From contig OZ241841.1 of NCBI GenBank assembly GCA_965202665.1, forward strand, positions 1,735,367 to 1,799,366: a stretch of DNA of 64,000 bases, given 5' to 3'. This DNA is from Candidatus Spongiisociaceae bacterium (GTDB lineage Bacteria > Actinomycetota > Acidimicrobiia > Spongiisociales > Spongiisociaceae). Under the pieces are notes generated by a model, which did not search any database, was not told where the DNA came from, and worked only from the letters and a program-made list of their open reading frames with translations. Below, piece after piece: positions 28,005-37,636 of the stretch (the stretch's first letter is position 1; every line of letters begins with the position of its first letter). The translations under genes and the position numbers were made by a program.

Positions 28005-28493
28005 GTGCCGGAGGAGACGGCGGTTTACACGGACGGGGCCTGTTTGGGCAATCCGGGGCCGGGCGGCTGGGGATGGGTGGTGCCGGACGGCCCCTTTCGG
28101 AGCGGGGCGTGCCCGGACGCCACTAACCAGCGGATGGAGTTGGCCGCCGCCTTGGAGGCCTTGCGGGAGGTTCCCCGCCCGACGCTGGTCATCAGCGACT
28201 CCACATATTTGGTGAACTGCTTCCGGGACGGATGGTGGGAGGGGTGGTTGCGCCGGGGGTGGCGAAACGCCAACCGCCGTTCGGTGGCCAACCGGGACCT
28301 GTGGGAGCCGCTGGTCGGACTGTACCGGGAGGGGGGAGTGCGGTTTCAGTGGGTGAAGGGGCATGGGGGCGACCGCTGGAACGGGGTCGCCGACTGGCTG
28401 GCGTTTCGGGCGGCGGCCGACGGGCGGGGAATGGCGGGCGAGCAGTGGCCGCCGCCGCAGTTCAGGCGCCCGCCCGCCGGCGATCCTTTCTGA
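28005..28493 (+). CDS. rnhA: ribonuclease HI
   Basis: VYTDGACLGNPGPGGWG, MELAAALEAL and GHGGDRWNGVADWLA catalytic motifs. Confidence 0.85.
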   Translation: MPEETAVYTDGACLGNPGPGGWGWVVPDGPFRSGACPDATNQRMELAAALEALREVPRPTLVISDSTYLVNCFRDGWWEGWLRRGWRNANRRSVANRDLWEPLVGLYREGGVRFQWVKGHGGDRWNGVADWLAFRAAADGRGMAGEQWPPPQFRRPPAGDPF

Positions 28494-28578
28494 AGGCCGG
28501 GGGCGCGGCACAAGCGGCACAAAGAGAACGCCCGCGGTTTCCCGCGGGCGCTCTCCGGGCGGAGGAGGTTATGGGATG

Positions 28579-29565
28579 TTACGTCTCGGCGGCCTCGGAG
28601 TCGTCGTCTTCCGACCCCGCTTTTTCGTGTTCGAAGCCATCATAGTCCGGTTTGGTTTTTATGTGTCCGGAACCGTCGTCGTCCGACTTCATCTCTTCGT
28701 ACTGGGCGAACAGTTCGGTGATGGAGTCGGCCTGTTCCCGGGTGATGACCTCGTCTTCCACCATGTCCGCCAGCATTTCCGCCGGGTTTTTGAAACTTTC
28801 CGCCAAGTCGGTTCCCTGTTCCATAATCCAGGCGGTGATGGCCGGGAGTTGCCCTTCGGAGATGATCCCTTCCGCCGCCAGCTTGCCGAACAGCGTGTCC
28901 CCGCCCCGTCGGTGATGCTTGCCTTTTTCCTTCTCTTCGTATTGGGCGAGCAGTTCGGTGATGGAGTCGGCCTGTTCCCGGGTGATGACCTCGTCTTCCA
29001 CCATGTCCGCCAGCAACCCGGCCGGGTCTTCCAGCCCTTTCAGGGCGGCGGACTCCGTCTCCAGCCAGTCCAAGATGGCCGGAATCTGTTCTTGGGAGAT
29101 GAGTCCTTTCTCCGCCAGTTTCCCCAGTTCCCGCTCGGCTTCGGCTTCCATCCGGGCGGCGAGGGCGTCCGCCTGTTCCCGGGTCATCACCCCGTCGGCC
29201 ACTAATGCGTCCAGCAGTTCAGCCGGGGAATCATAGGAGGTGTTCCAGTCGGGCCCTTGGTCGGCGAACCAGTCTTTGACGGCCGACATCTGTTCCCGGG
29301 CCGCCCCGCCTTTCTTAACGAACCCCCACCGTTGGAACCCGGAGTCCCGCAGGCGATGACGGTCGCCCGCCTCATCGCCTTCATCATCGGCGTCGCCCTC
29401 ATCGCCTTCATCGTTGTCAGCGGCGACTACCGCCGCGCCGAATACGGCGGTGGCCGCAGTCCGGGCGCCGTCGCCGTCGCGGTCGCCGCTGCGGGCCACT
29501 GCCACCACCGCAAACAGGGCGATCACGGTCAGCAGGCCGACCGCCATAGTCAACATCTTTTTCAT
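28579..29565 (-). CDS. secreted/membrane-anchored acidic repeat protein (three ~70-aa internal repeats)
   Basis: Start probably at MKKMLTMAVGLLTVIALFAV (RBS AGGAAAA). Repeats LLADMVEDEVITREQADSITEL...ISEGQLPAI. A near-exact ~240-nt duplication (28700-28940 vs 28939-29179) is visible on the ORF track. Confidence 0.55.
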   Translation of the reverse strand: MKKMLTMAVGLLTVIALFAVVAVARSGDRDGDGARTAATAVFGAAVVAADNDEGDEGDADDEGDEAGDRHRLRDSGFQRWGFVKKGGAAREQMSAVKDWFADQGPDWNTSYDSPAELLDALVADGVMTREQADALAARMEAEAERELGKLAEKGLISQEQIPAILDWLETESAALKGLEDPAGLLADMVEDEVITREQADSITELLAQYEEKEKGKHHRRGGDTLFGKLAAEGIISEGQLPAITAWIMEQGTDLAESFKNPAEMLADMVEDEVITREQADSITELFAQYEEMKSDDDGSGHIKTKPDYDGFEHEKAGSEDDDSEAAET

Positions 29566-29734
29566 TCCGGTTTTCCTTTCCATCGCGCCGATCGAATTCC
29601 GATCGTGCGCCCAGCATCCTTCCCCAACCTTTTAATAATCTGAAAGGAATCTAAGAATAATCTAAGAAAAACCATACGCCGCCCACAGGCAACCCCCGCC
29701 GGGGTTAATTAGGAGAAGGCGGTAGGATGCGGAC

Positions 29735-30430
29735 ATGTCGCGGGCCGATGTGGAGCAGATTCTCGCCGCCGCCGAATCCCGGCTGGCGGACGACCCGGCC
29801 GCCGGTTTGGCGGGAACCGGTTTCTGGTCGGCCGTGTCGCAGGTCAAACGGGACCCGGAGCTGGCCGCCGCCTACGCCGACCGCATAGCGGCGGTGGACC
29901 GGGAGGCCTTCCAAAGGTGGGCTTTCCTGGTCATCCCTGTGGGCGCGGGCACGACACTGGCGGTTCTGGGCGCCCTGCTCGGCCTGGGCTTGACCGCCCT
30001 CGCTTATTACGCGGACGACCCGTGGAACGGATTATCGCTGTTGGCCGGCATGGGGGCCTTGCTGGTTTCCACCCACGGCCTGGCTCATCTGGCGACGGGC
30101 CGGGCGGCGGGCATCCGCTTCACCCACTGGTTCATCGGAACCCCGGGGCGGCCCCAACCGGGGGTGAAAACCGACTACGCCTCCTACCTGGCCGCCCCCG
30201 CCCGGCGCCGGGCCTGGATGCACGCCTCCGGGGCCATCGTCACCAAAATCATCCCTTTCGCCCTCATCCCGGCGGCGGCCGCGGCCGCAACCCCCGGCTG
30301 GACGATGTGGCTGCTGTTTCTCGCCGGAGCGGCCGGGGTTTTCACCGACGCGGTCTGGTCGGTTCGCATCTCCGACTGGAAGAAGTTCCGCCGGGAAATG
30401 TCCTACGCCCGCCGCCCCCAAGCGCCGTAG
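29735..30430 (+). CDS. hypothetical integral membrane protein
   Basis: 231 aa with several hydrophobic helices. Confidence 0.45.
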   Translation: MSRADVEQILAAAESRLADDPAAGLAGTGFWSAVSQVKRDPELAAAYADRIAAVDREAFQRWAFLVIPVGAGTTLAVLGALLGLGLTALAYYADDPWNGLSLLAGMGALLVSTHGLAHLATGRAAGIRFTHWFIGTPGRPQPGVKTDYASYLAAPARRRAWMHASGAIVTKIIPFALIPAAAAAATPGWTMWLLFLAGAAGVFTDAVWSVRISDWKKFRREMSYARRPQAP

Positions 30431-30440
30431 TCATACCGGG

Positions 30441-31838
30441 TCATACCGGCAGGGTGAAGCCCACTTCCGCTCCGCCCTCCGGATGGTTGCGGGCGTGCAC
30501 CCGGCCGCCGTGCCTTTCCGCCATGTCTTTCACGATGGCCAGGCCCAGCCCCGACCCGGGCAGGGATCGGGCTTCCACCGCCCGATGGAAACGGTCGAAA
30601 ACGTAGGGCAGGTCCCGGTCGGGAATGCCCGGCCCGCGATCCCGCACCACAAGTTTCCCGTCCGCAAGAATGATGTCCACCGGCTGCCCCGGCGGACCCC
30701 ATTTGAGGGCGTTGTCCACCAGATTTTCCACCGCCCGCTGCAACGCCCCCGGCCGGCCCGACAGGGCCGCCCCTTCGCCGGTCACCCGCACCGGCCGCTG
30801 CCCGCGCCGGGAGGCCCGTTCCGCTACCTGGACGGCGATGGTGCGCAGGGCCACCGGCGCGGTCGGTTCGTCCGCTTCCTGGGCGGACTGCTCGGAGGCC
30901 AAATCCACCAGTTCGGTCACCAGGGCGGCCAGCTCCCGTATTTCGTGATGCACATCGGACAGCAACCGTTGCCGCTCCGCCGGTTCCAGCTCGTCGACCC
31001 GTCCCAGCATTTCCACGTTGGTGCGCAGGCTGGTGAGGGGGGTGCGCAGTTCGTGGCTGGCGTCCTGCACCAACCGCCGCTGCTGGTCGCGGGAGTCGCG
31101 CAGGGCGGCGATCATGCTGTTGAAACTGTCGGCCAGCCGCCCCGCCTCCCCGGAGGCCCGGGCGTCGATCGGCTCCAGCAGCTCCCGGGTTTGCGCCACT
31201 TCTTCCGCCGCCCGGGTGAGGATTTCCATGGGCCGCGTCACCCGGCGGGCGATCAGCCACCCGCCCCCTCCGGCGGCGGCCGCGATGAGCAGGCCGATGA
31301 AAAAGATGCGGCCGCCCAGGATGGCCGCCACTTCCCGCTGTTCGCTCACATCCCGGGCGATTTGCACCACCGAATCCCCGGTGGCCAAGATGGTCAACAT
31401 CCGGTAGGGGACCTCGTCCGCCTCCACCCAGTCGAACCGATGCGGAACCGGATTGCTTCTGGTCGGCTTCTCCGGGTAGAGAATGGGCAGCTGGGGCGTC
31501 CCCCCCAGTATCACCAGGGGCTTGCCCGTTTTCAGATCCGACCAGCGGAACACCGCGTCCGGCCCGATCAAAATTTCGGCGATCCCCAAAAAGGGATCCT
31601 GGTCCCGGTCCCGCCCGTCCCGGATTTGGATTTCAACCGGGTTGTCCGCATCCACCAGTTCCAGCAGTTCGGCGAAGGAGAAGGCCACCGCCAGGGCGGC
31701 GGCCCGTTCCTGTAAGAAGGAGTCGGTTTCCGAATCCAAGGCGCGGCGGGTGGTCACGAAGGCGGCCGACGCCACCAGCAGGGTCGCCAGCGCCGCCCCG
31801 CCCGCGAACAGGAGAACGAATTTCCAGCGCAGGCTCAT
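30441..31838 (-). CDS. sensor histidine kinase (HAMP/HisKA/HATPase)
   Basis: [18 protein letters not shown]-box; C-terminal G-boxes; two N-terminal TM segments; overlaps the response-regulator stop. Confidence 0.85.
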   Translation of the reverse strand: MSLRWKFVLLFAGGAALATLLVASAAFVTTRRALDSETDSFLQERAAALAVAFSFAELLELVDADNPVEIQIRDGRDRDQDPFLGIAEILIGPDAVFRWSDLKTGKPLVILGGTPQLPILYPEKPTRSNPVPHRFDWVEADEVPYRMLTILATGDSVVQIARDVSEQREVAAILGGRIFFIGLLIAAAAGGGGWLIARRVTRPMEILTRAAEEVAQTRELLEPIDARASGEAGRLADSFNSMIAALRDSRDQQRRLVQDASHELRTPLTSLRTNVEMLGRVDELEPAERQRLLSDVHHEIRELAALVTELVDLASEQSAQEADEPTAPVALRTIAVQVAERASRRGQRPVRVTGEGAALSGRPGALQRAVENLVDNALKWGPPGQPVDIILADGKLVVRDRGPGIPDRDLPYVFDRFHRAVEARSLPGSGLGLAIVKDMAERHGGRVHARNHPEGGAEVGFTLPV

Positions 31839-32518
31839 CGGTCCCTCAACACGTAGCCCACGCCCCGCACGGTATGGATAAGGCGGGGCTCCCCTTCCCC
31901 TTCCACTTTGCGGCGCAGGTAGCCGATGTAAACATCCAGCGAGTTGGAGGTGGTTTCAAACCCGATGTCCCAGATGCGCTGGTAGATGAGGTCCCGGTCC
32001 AGCACCACCCCGGCGTTGGACATCAACAGCTCCAGCAGGTCGAATTCGGTTTTGGTGAGGTCGATGAGGCGCTCCCCGCGGCGGGCGCGGCGGCTTCTCA
32101 TGTCCAGTTCCAAATCCTGATAGCGCAAAACTTCGGCCAGGACGGAGTCGTCGCTGCGCCGCAACAGGGCCCGGATGCGGGCCAGCAGTTCGTCTAAGGC
32201 GAAGGGTTTGGTGAGATAGTCGTCCGCTCCGGCGTCCAGCCCCGCCACCCGGTCTCCCACTTCGTGGCGGGCGGTGAGCATCAACACCGGGGTGCGGTCG
32301 CCCCGGGAGCGCAAAGTCCGGCACACGGACAGGCCGTTCACATAGGGCATCAGCACATCCAGGATGATTAAGTCGACCCTGTTCCGATCCAAAGCGGTCA
32401 GCGCTTCGGAACCGTCGGCGGCCAAAGCCACCTCGTAGCCTTCCAGCCGCAACGCCCGCCGCAACGCATCCCGCACCGCCCGGTCGTCCTCCGCGATCAG
32501 AATTTTGGTGTTCAACAT
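31835..32518 (-). CDS. OmpR/PhoB-family response regulator
   Basis: Receiver domain ([10 protein letters not shown], phospho-accepting Asp) plus a winged-helix C-terminal domain. Confidence 0.9.
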   Translation of the reverse strand: MLNTKILIAEDDRAVRDALRRALRLEGYEVALAADGSEALTALDRNRVDLIILDVLMPYVNGLSVCRTLRSRGDRTPVLMLTARHEVGDRVAGLDAGADDYLTKPFALDELLARIRALLRRSDDSVLAEVLRYQDLELDMRSRRARRGERLIDLTKTEFDLLELLMSNAGVVLDRDLIYQRIWDIGFETTSNSLDVYIGYLRRKVEGEGEPRLIHTVRGVGYVLRDR

Positions 32519-32593
32519 GACGCCAGGTTACAACCCGACTCTAAGAACAAAATGAGAAACCCCGCCCCGCCCGCGGCCCCCGAAGCGGGGGTT

Positions 32594-35308
32594 TCAGGAG
32601 GACGGGGTTGCGTCTCCGCCCGCATCCGCATCCGGATCGGGGGAGTCCGGGGAGCGGGGGGCGGCGGGGGGAACCGGGGCGAAGTAGCCGACTACCAGCA
32701 ACAGCGCCCCCACCCCCAGGAAGGACACCACCCTGGTCAGGGCCCCGGTGTTGCCCAGGTCGATCAGGAAAAGTTTGACCACCACCACCCCCATCAGGGA
32801 CGCCCCGGCGATCCAGCCCGCCCGCTGCGCCTTCCACTTGCCGAAGATCATCCCCCCCAGCCCGGCCAGGCCCCACAGGATGGACAGGGCGGCCTGCAAG
32901 ATGGTGGAGCCGAACAGATCCCCGAAGGTGAACGGCGCCTCCCGCCAGTGGTGGACGGTGCGGGCCGCGGTCATGGTCAGCACGATCATCCCCATGGCGG
33001 CGGTCCATCCCAGCCAGTTCCGCCGCACCGCGGACAGGGCCGGGCCTTGATAGCGGCCGGTGCGTTTCCGCCACCAGAAGGCCGCCGCAACCAGCAACAC
33101 GCTCACCGCCTCCAAAGGATTAAGCAACGGAAGATAGGGCCACGGGGCGGGGTCGCCGTCCGAGAAAATATTGAGAACCACCGCCGCTACGGCCAGCCCG
33201 GCCAGTATCGCGCCCGACCCGGAAGCGAGGTAGATGCGCCGGCGGATCCCCAACGGCCAACCGTTTTCCCCGGCGCCGAGCAGGGGAAGGGCCGCCACCG
33301 CCAGCGCCGCCGCCAAAGAGGCCGCCGCCGGCCAGACGCCGCCGCCCGCCCGCCCGGCCAGCCAGTGAACCTCCGCCCCGATCAGCAACGCCAACCCCCA
33401 AAACCCGCCGCTGTGCAAAACGGCGAGCAATTTGGGAAACATTTCTTCCCGCAGCCGCAGGAACAGGTAGAGCGCCCCGAAGGCCAACGGCCAAGCCGCC
33501 CATCCGTAATCGTCCAACGGGTGGGAAAGATCAAATTCGCCCCCGCTCCGCACCGCCAAAGCCAGGAAGAGGAATATCGCTATCAAAGGAAGGAGCAGGG
33601 TTCCCAGAACGTTCAATTTGGGCCAGCGCACCGCCGGTGCCGCCAGGAATCCGGCCCCCAGCGCCGCGGCGACCACAGCCATCGAACCGTACAGTTCGGC
33701 GGAGCCCAGTTGGTTGACCGCTTCCATGACCAGGCCCCCCAGCAGCCAACCCGCGCCCCAGGACATTCCCAGCCAAGCCGCCTGCGACGCGGTTTCCGAT
33801 CGGTGGCGCCCCCGGTCCAGCAACCAGGCCGAGAACAGCCCGGCGGCGGCCAGCAACAGGGCCCCCGGCAGGTAGCGGTTGGCTACCGGGAGGGCGCCGT
33901 CCGGGTAGGGGAGTTGGCCGGCGAGGAACCACGCAAAAGAAATCCCGGCCAGGATTTGCAAGGCCCCTCCCCCCGCCGCCAGCCAGAACCGGTTGCGGCG
34001 CAGGTTGAGCCACACCATCGCCGCCCCCTGCGCCGCCCACGCCGCGGCCGTGTAATAGGCGTCGAAAGCCAGCGGGACGGCCAAGGCCAGAAAAACCGCG
34101 CCCAAACCGAGGTTGGATTCGCCCAGCGGACGGAGGTTCCGGCGGGGCGAGCGGGCGATCCGCCACAGCAGAAAGCAGAAGGCGGCCAGGCCCAGGGAGC
34201 TCCACGCCGGCCCGTAAGCGATGTGCCCCGCCAGCTGGTTCTGCAAGGCGAAGAAAACAAACGGGGTGCCGAAGGTCAAAGGCCCGTCGCTTATCCAGCG
34301 GCGGAAGGGGCCGTTTTCCGGACGGCGGGCGAGCAGCAGGGGGGCGGCCATGTAGGCGGCGGCGAACAGGGCGGGGAAGGGCCAAGCGGAGGCCAGCTGG
34401 TCGACCGTGTAGCGGAACAATATCCAATGGGCGCTGATCCCGAACGTGAACGCCCAACCCAGCAGGTTGAGCTCCGGCCACGTTTTGAACCAGGCGACGA
34501 ACAGGATGGCCAAGTTGAGGGCCGACAGGAAGCCGAACAGGATCAGGTGGGAGCCGTCGTCCGCCGAAATCAGGACGGGGGCCAGGAAACCGCCGATGAT
34601 GCCCAGCGTCGCCAACGAGCGGGAGTTTTGGACGATGGCCAGAACCCCCGCCGCGGCGGTGACGACCGCCACCGAAGCGAAGGCCGGCGGAGCCGCCAGA
34701 ACCTCATAGAGGACCAGCGAGGCGTACACGGCCAGGTACAGGACGGCCACGCCGCCTCCCTGCAGGCTGAGGGCGTAAACCAGGTTGCGGCCCCGCACCC
34801 ATAACCCGATGGCCAACATGGCCAGGCCGCACGCCGCCACTACCGCCAGCCGCATTTCCAGGGTGAGTGTGATCCATCCCCGGTTCAGGGCCGTCTGGAT
34901 CAGAAACCCCAGCCCGAGCAAGGACAGGATCACCCCCACCTTCACCGGAACGTTGCCGGTGGTGAACCATCTTTTGACCGCTCCCGCCGCCCGGCCGAAG
35001 GGAGACGGACCCGAGGCGCGCGGCGGAGGCGGTGGTGGTGGTGGCGGGGTCTTCGGCTCCGCCGGGGCCGCGGCCGGGACGGGGTCGGGTTCCCGAGGCG
35101 GCGGCGCGGGCGGAGGCTCCGCAACTTCCGGTTCCGGCGACGGCGGGGCGGCCGGGGTAGGGTAGGGGGGAGCAGGCCGGCCGGATTCCAAATGTTCCAC
35201 CCGACGGCGCAGGTTGGCCGTTTGGACCAACAGCACCACCAAGAGAACCGGCCCCGCAACCAGCACGATGAACAACAGAAAAGCCAGCAAACCTATCATC
35301 CCGGGCAC
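32594..35308 (-). CDS. large polytopic membrane protein (DUF2339-like) with Pro-rich N-terminal region
   Basis: 904 aa. N-terminal TM segment and coiled segment, a PPPPPPP-rich linker, then more than 20 predicted TM helices. Upstream of the two-component system on the same strand. Confidence 0.55.
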   Translation of the reverse strand: MPGMIGLLAFLLFIVLVAGPVLLVVLLVQTANLRRRVEHLESGRPAPPYPTPAAPPSPEPEVAEPPPAPPPREPDPVPAAAPAEPKTPPPPPPPPPRASGPSPFGRAAGAVKRWFTTGNVPVKVGVILSLLGLGFLIQTALNRGWITLTLEMRLAVVAACGLAMLAIGLWVRGRNLVYALSLQGGGVAVLYLAVYASLVLYEVLAAPPAFASVAVVTAAAGVLAIVQNSRSLATLGIIGGFLAPVLISADDGSHLILFGFLSALNLAILFVAWFKTWPELNLLGWAFTFGISAHWILFRYTVDQLASAWPFPALFAAAYMAAPLLLARRPENGPFRRWISDGPLTFGTPFVFFALQNQLAGHIAYGPAWSSLGLAAFCFLLWRIARSPRRNLRPLGESNLGLGAVFLALAVPLAFDAYYTAAAWAAQGAAMVWLNLRRNRFWLAAGGGALQILAGISFAWFLAGQLPYPDGALPVANRYLPGALLLAAAGLFSAWLLDRGRHRSETASQAAWLGMSWGAGWLLGGLVMEAVNQLGSAELYGSMAVVAAALGAGFLAAPAVRWPKLNVLGTLLLPLIAIFLFLALAVRSGGEFDLSHPLDDYGWAAWPLAFGALYLFLRLREEMFPKLLAVLHSGGFWGLALLIGAEVHWLAGRAGGGVWPAAASLAAALAVAALPLLGAGENGWPLGIRRRIYLASGSGAILAGLAVAAVVLNIFSDGDPAPWPYLPLLNPLEAVSVLLVAAAFWWRKRTGRYQGPALSAVRRNWLGWTAAMGMIVLTMTAARTVHHWREAPFTFGDLFGSTILQAALSILWGLAGLGGMIFGKWKAQRAGWIAGASLMGVVVVKLFLIDLGNTGALTRVVSFLGVGALLLVVGYFAPVPPAAPRSPDSPDPDADAGGDATPSS

Positions 35309-35339
35309 CTCCCGTCGCCGATGCTAGTCCCCGGAGACA

Positions 35340-35575
35340 GGTGCGGGGAGCGGCTTAGTCCGCAAAACCCGCCCCCGGAGCCGGGGAGTCCGGGGAGCGG
35401 GGGGAACCGGGGCGAAGTAGCCGACCACCGACAACAGCGCGCCCACCCCCGGGAAGGAAACCACCCTGGTCAGGGCCCCGGTGTTGCCCAGGTCCATCAG
35501 GAAAAGTTTGACCACCACCATCAGGGACGCCCCGGCGATCCAGCCCGCCCGTTGCCCTTTCGCCCGAGCCCGCCC
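35340..35575 (-). pseudogene. partial duplicate of the 3' end of the 32594-35308 membrane-protein gene
   Basis: 35380-35570 is about 90% identical to 32640-32830 and encodes ...AGWIAGASLM..KLFLMDLGNTGALTRVVSF... Confidence 0.5.
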
Positions 35576-35596
35576 CGATAAAAACGTTCCCCCGCC

Positions 35597-35630
35597 CCAA
35601 GCGCAACCCCCTAATCCCACGCGAAGAGCC
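35597..35630 (-). repeat. ISL3-type terminal-repeat-like motif (copy 1 of 5)
   Basis: The reverse complement gives GGCTCTTCGCGTGGGATTAGGGGGTTGCGCTTGG. It is similar to the motifs at 44398, 44957 (reverse), 50978 and 51679. Confidence 0.45.
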
Positions 35631-35636
35631 CTTAAC

Positions 35637-35673
35637 AGGAGGAGCCTCCCCCGCTCAGCGGGGGAGGCCTCCT
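35637..35673. other. conserved 3'-UTR hairpin of the surface-protein cassettes (copy 1 of 3)
   Basis: GGAGGAGCCTCCCCCGCTCAGCGGGGGAGGCCTCC has an 11-bp perfect stem. It recurs at 44353-44389 and 44965-45002, each 20-25 nt after a cassette stop codon. Confidence 0.5.
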
Positions 35674-35697
35674 GGCGTGTTGGGTTGCGTGAAAGGC

Positions 35698-36522
35698 TTA
35701 TCGGGTGATCTGGTAAACAGTCAGCAACCGAGGACTGCTCCCCATAGGCGCGTCGTCAACCGTGCCCTCTTCCCTTATACCGGAGTACAGGGCACCAGAT
35801 GTTTTGTCGTAGGTGGTCTGCCATCCCAGACGGGCGTTGACCCGGGGACCCAGGAACTCTTCGTCCGGGGTGCTGTCGGTAGCCCATCCGGTTGCGGGCT
35901 TCGTGAAGGTCACCACCGAACCCCGGAAGTCGCCTTCCTGTCGATAATGACGACCGGCCGCGATCTCCGAACCGTCGCTTTTGATGGCGACGTACTGGCC
36001 GAACACATCCTGATTTCTGGGAGATGATACGGTCAGATTAAATCCGGCGGTAGCCGCAATCGAATCAGCATGTTGGGCGTGTAAAACCCCCCAGCCGTCC
36101 GCATGGTCAGGCTTAACGTACACGCGCATCGAACCGGGCACGTTAGCCTGAGCCTGGAAGTGGTTGGAGATGACGAGGGTGTTTCCATCCTCGGAGAGGG
36201 CCACGTACTTGCCAAACTCATTGTAGGCGGGTTGCGCTAAGCGGTTAGCCCATTTGGCATGGCCATCTGCATGGGTGGCGTCACCGATATCCGTCCAACC
36301 ACCAGCGGGCTTGACATACAAGAATACCAATCCTAGACAGACACCGGAAGAAAGACTGCAGTGGGTGGAGGCGATCGTGTCCCCATCTCCGTCGATGGCA
36401 ATGGACCGCTCGTTGTTCCAACCAGTGCCGACAAACAACACATGAGTGTCGGCATCGGTGTGATCGTTATCGTCATCCCAATTACCGGCCGTGGGATTCG
36501 CGGGTTTTTCGTATACCAACAC
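35698..36522 (-). pseudogene. 3' (C-terminal FG-GAP/beta-propeller) portion of a surface-protein cassette, separated from its 5' part by the IS481 insertion
   Basis: Homologous to the C-termini of the 40750 and 45026 proteins (..SPRNQDVFGQYVAIKSDGSEIAAGRHYRQEGDFRGSVVTF..LTVYQITR). The ORF begins right at the IS481 left end. Confidence 0.6.
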
Positions 36523-36536
36523 TGCCCCGCTGCTAT

Positions 36537-37629
36537 CGCTAGCTGTACTTGGCCAGGACGTTGGTGACGGTTTGGTTGTTGCATAAGTGAAGACCTCCTG
36601 GTGTTATGGGGAGTGAAAGCACCCTATAGCACGGGAGGAGGTCTTCAGGGATGCATGGTAACGCGAGGTCGTCGCCTTTGGGACGTTTGGGGATGGTGTT
36701 GCGGGTGATAGAAGAAGGGGAACCGGTAGCGCGGGTGGCTCGGGGGATGGGCCTGTCCCGGCAGTGCGTGTCCAAGTGGGTGCGCCGCTACCGGGAAGAA
36801 GGCCAAGCCGGTTTGGAAGACCGGTCGTCTCGGCCGCGTTGTTCCCCTATGCGTACCAGCCCGGAGGTGGAAGAGCTGGTGCTGCGGGCGCGGCGGCGGT
36901 TGCGGGCGGGGCCCGCTCGGTTGTCGGCGTTTACGGGGGTGCCGGAGCGGACGATCAGCCGTATCCTCCGCCGCCATGGAGTGTTGCGTCTGTGGGAATG
37001 CGACCCGCTGACCGGCGAACCGCTCAAGTCCCCTCCCGGGCCGGTGGTGCGGTATGAACGGGACAGGCCTGGTGAGTTGCTGCATATGGATGTTAAGAAG
37101 CTTTCTTCCATACCGCCCGGCGGGGGATGGAAGGTACACGGCCGGGGCAACGCCCCCGCCAGCGGAGCGGGATGGACTTTTGTGCACTCTGTCGTGGACG
37201 ACTACACCCGCCTCGCCTACTCCGAAACGCTATCAGACGAGAAAGGAACCACCGTCGCCGCGTTCACCGCCCGCGCCCTCAACCACTTCCGCCAACTAGG
37301 CATAACCCACATCGCGGAGATCATGACCGACAACCACTGGAGCTACACCCGCAGCCGCCTATTCTCTTCCCTGCTCGCCCAGCACGACATCCGTCATATC
37401 ACGATCAGACCGTATCATCCCCAGCAGAACGGCAAAGTGGAACGATACAACCAAACCCTCAAACGAGAATGGGCCAACTCCCAATCCTGGCCCGACAACC
37501 AAACCCGAAACCAAGCCCTCCGCCACTGGCTCCACTACTACAATAACCACCGGCCCCACTACAGCCTCGGAGGCAAACCACCAACCTCCAGACTGTAACC
37601 AACCTATTGGCCATGTACAGCTAGCCGGT
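36537..37629 (+). mobile_element. intact IS481-family insertion sequence
   Basis: Imperfect terminal inverted repeats GCTAGCTGTACTTGGCCA / TGGCCATGTACAGCTAGC. Flanked by a 7-bp direct repeat GCTGCTA (36529-36535 and 37630-37636). One transposase ORF. Confidence 0.8.
36651..37598 (+). CDS. IS481-family transposase (DDE integrase core)
   Basis: N-terminal HTH (ARGMGLSRQCVSKWVRRYREEG) and rve-domain DDE core (HMDVKK...TDNHWSY...YHPQQNGKVERYNQT). Confidence 0.9.
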   Translation: MHGNARSSPLGRLGMVLRVIEEGEPVARVARGMGLSRQCVSKWVRRYREEGQAGLEDRSSRPRCSPMRTSPEVEELVLRARRRLRAGPARLSAFTGVPERTISRILRRHGVLRLWECDPLTGEPLKSPPGPVVRYERDRPGELLHMDVKKLSSIPPGGGWKVHGRGNAPASGAGWTFVHSVVDDYTRLAYSETLSDEKGTTVAAFTARALNHFRQLGITHIAEIMTDNHWSYTRSRLFSSLLAQHDIRHITIRPYHPQQNGKVERYNQTLKREWANSQSWPDNQTRNQALRHWLHYYNNHRPHYSLGGKPPTSRL

Positions 37630-37636
37630 GCTGCTA

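Noticed and set aside
32545-32593. Possible intrinsic terminator (CCCCCG-AAG-CGGGGG hairpin plus A-rich tract) between the membrane-protein gene and the response regulator
   Set aside because: The stem is short (6 bp) and is separated from the U-tract by ~15 nt of GC-rich sequence. That is not convincing enough to call.
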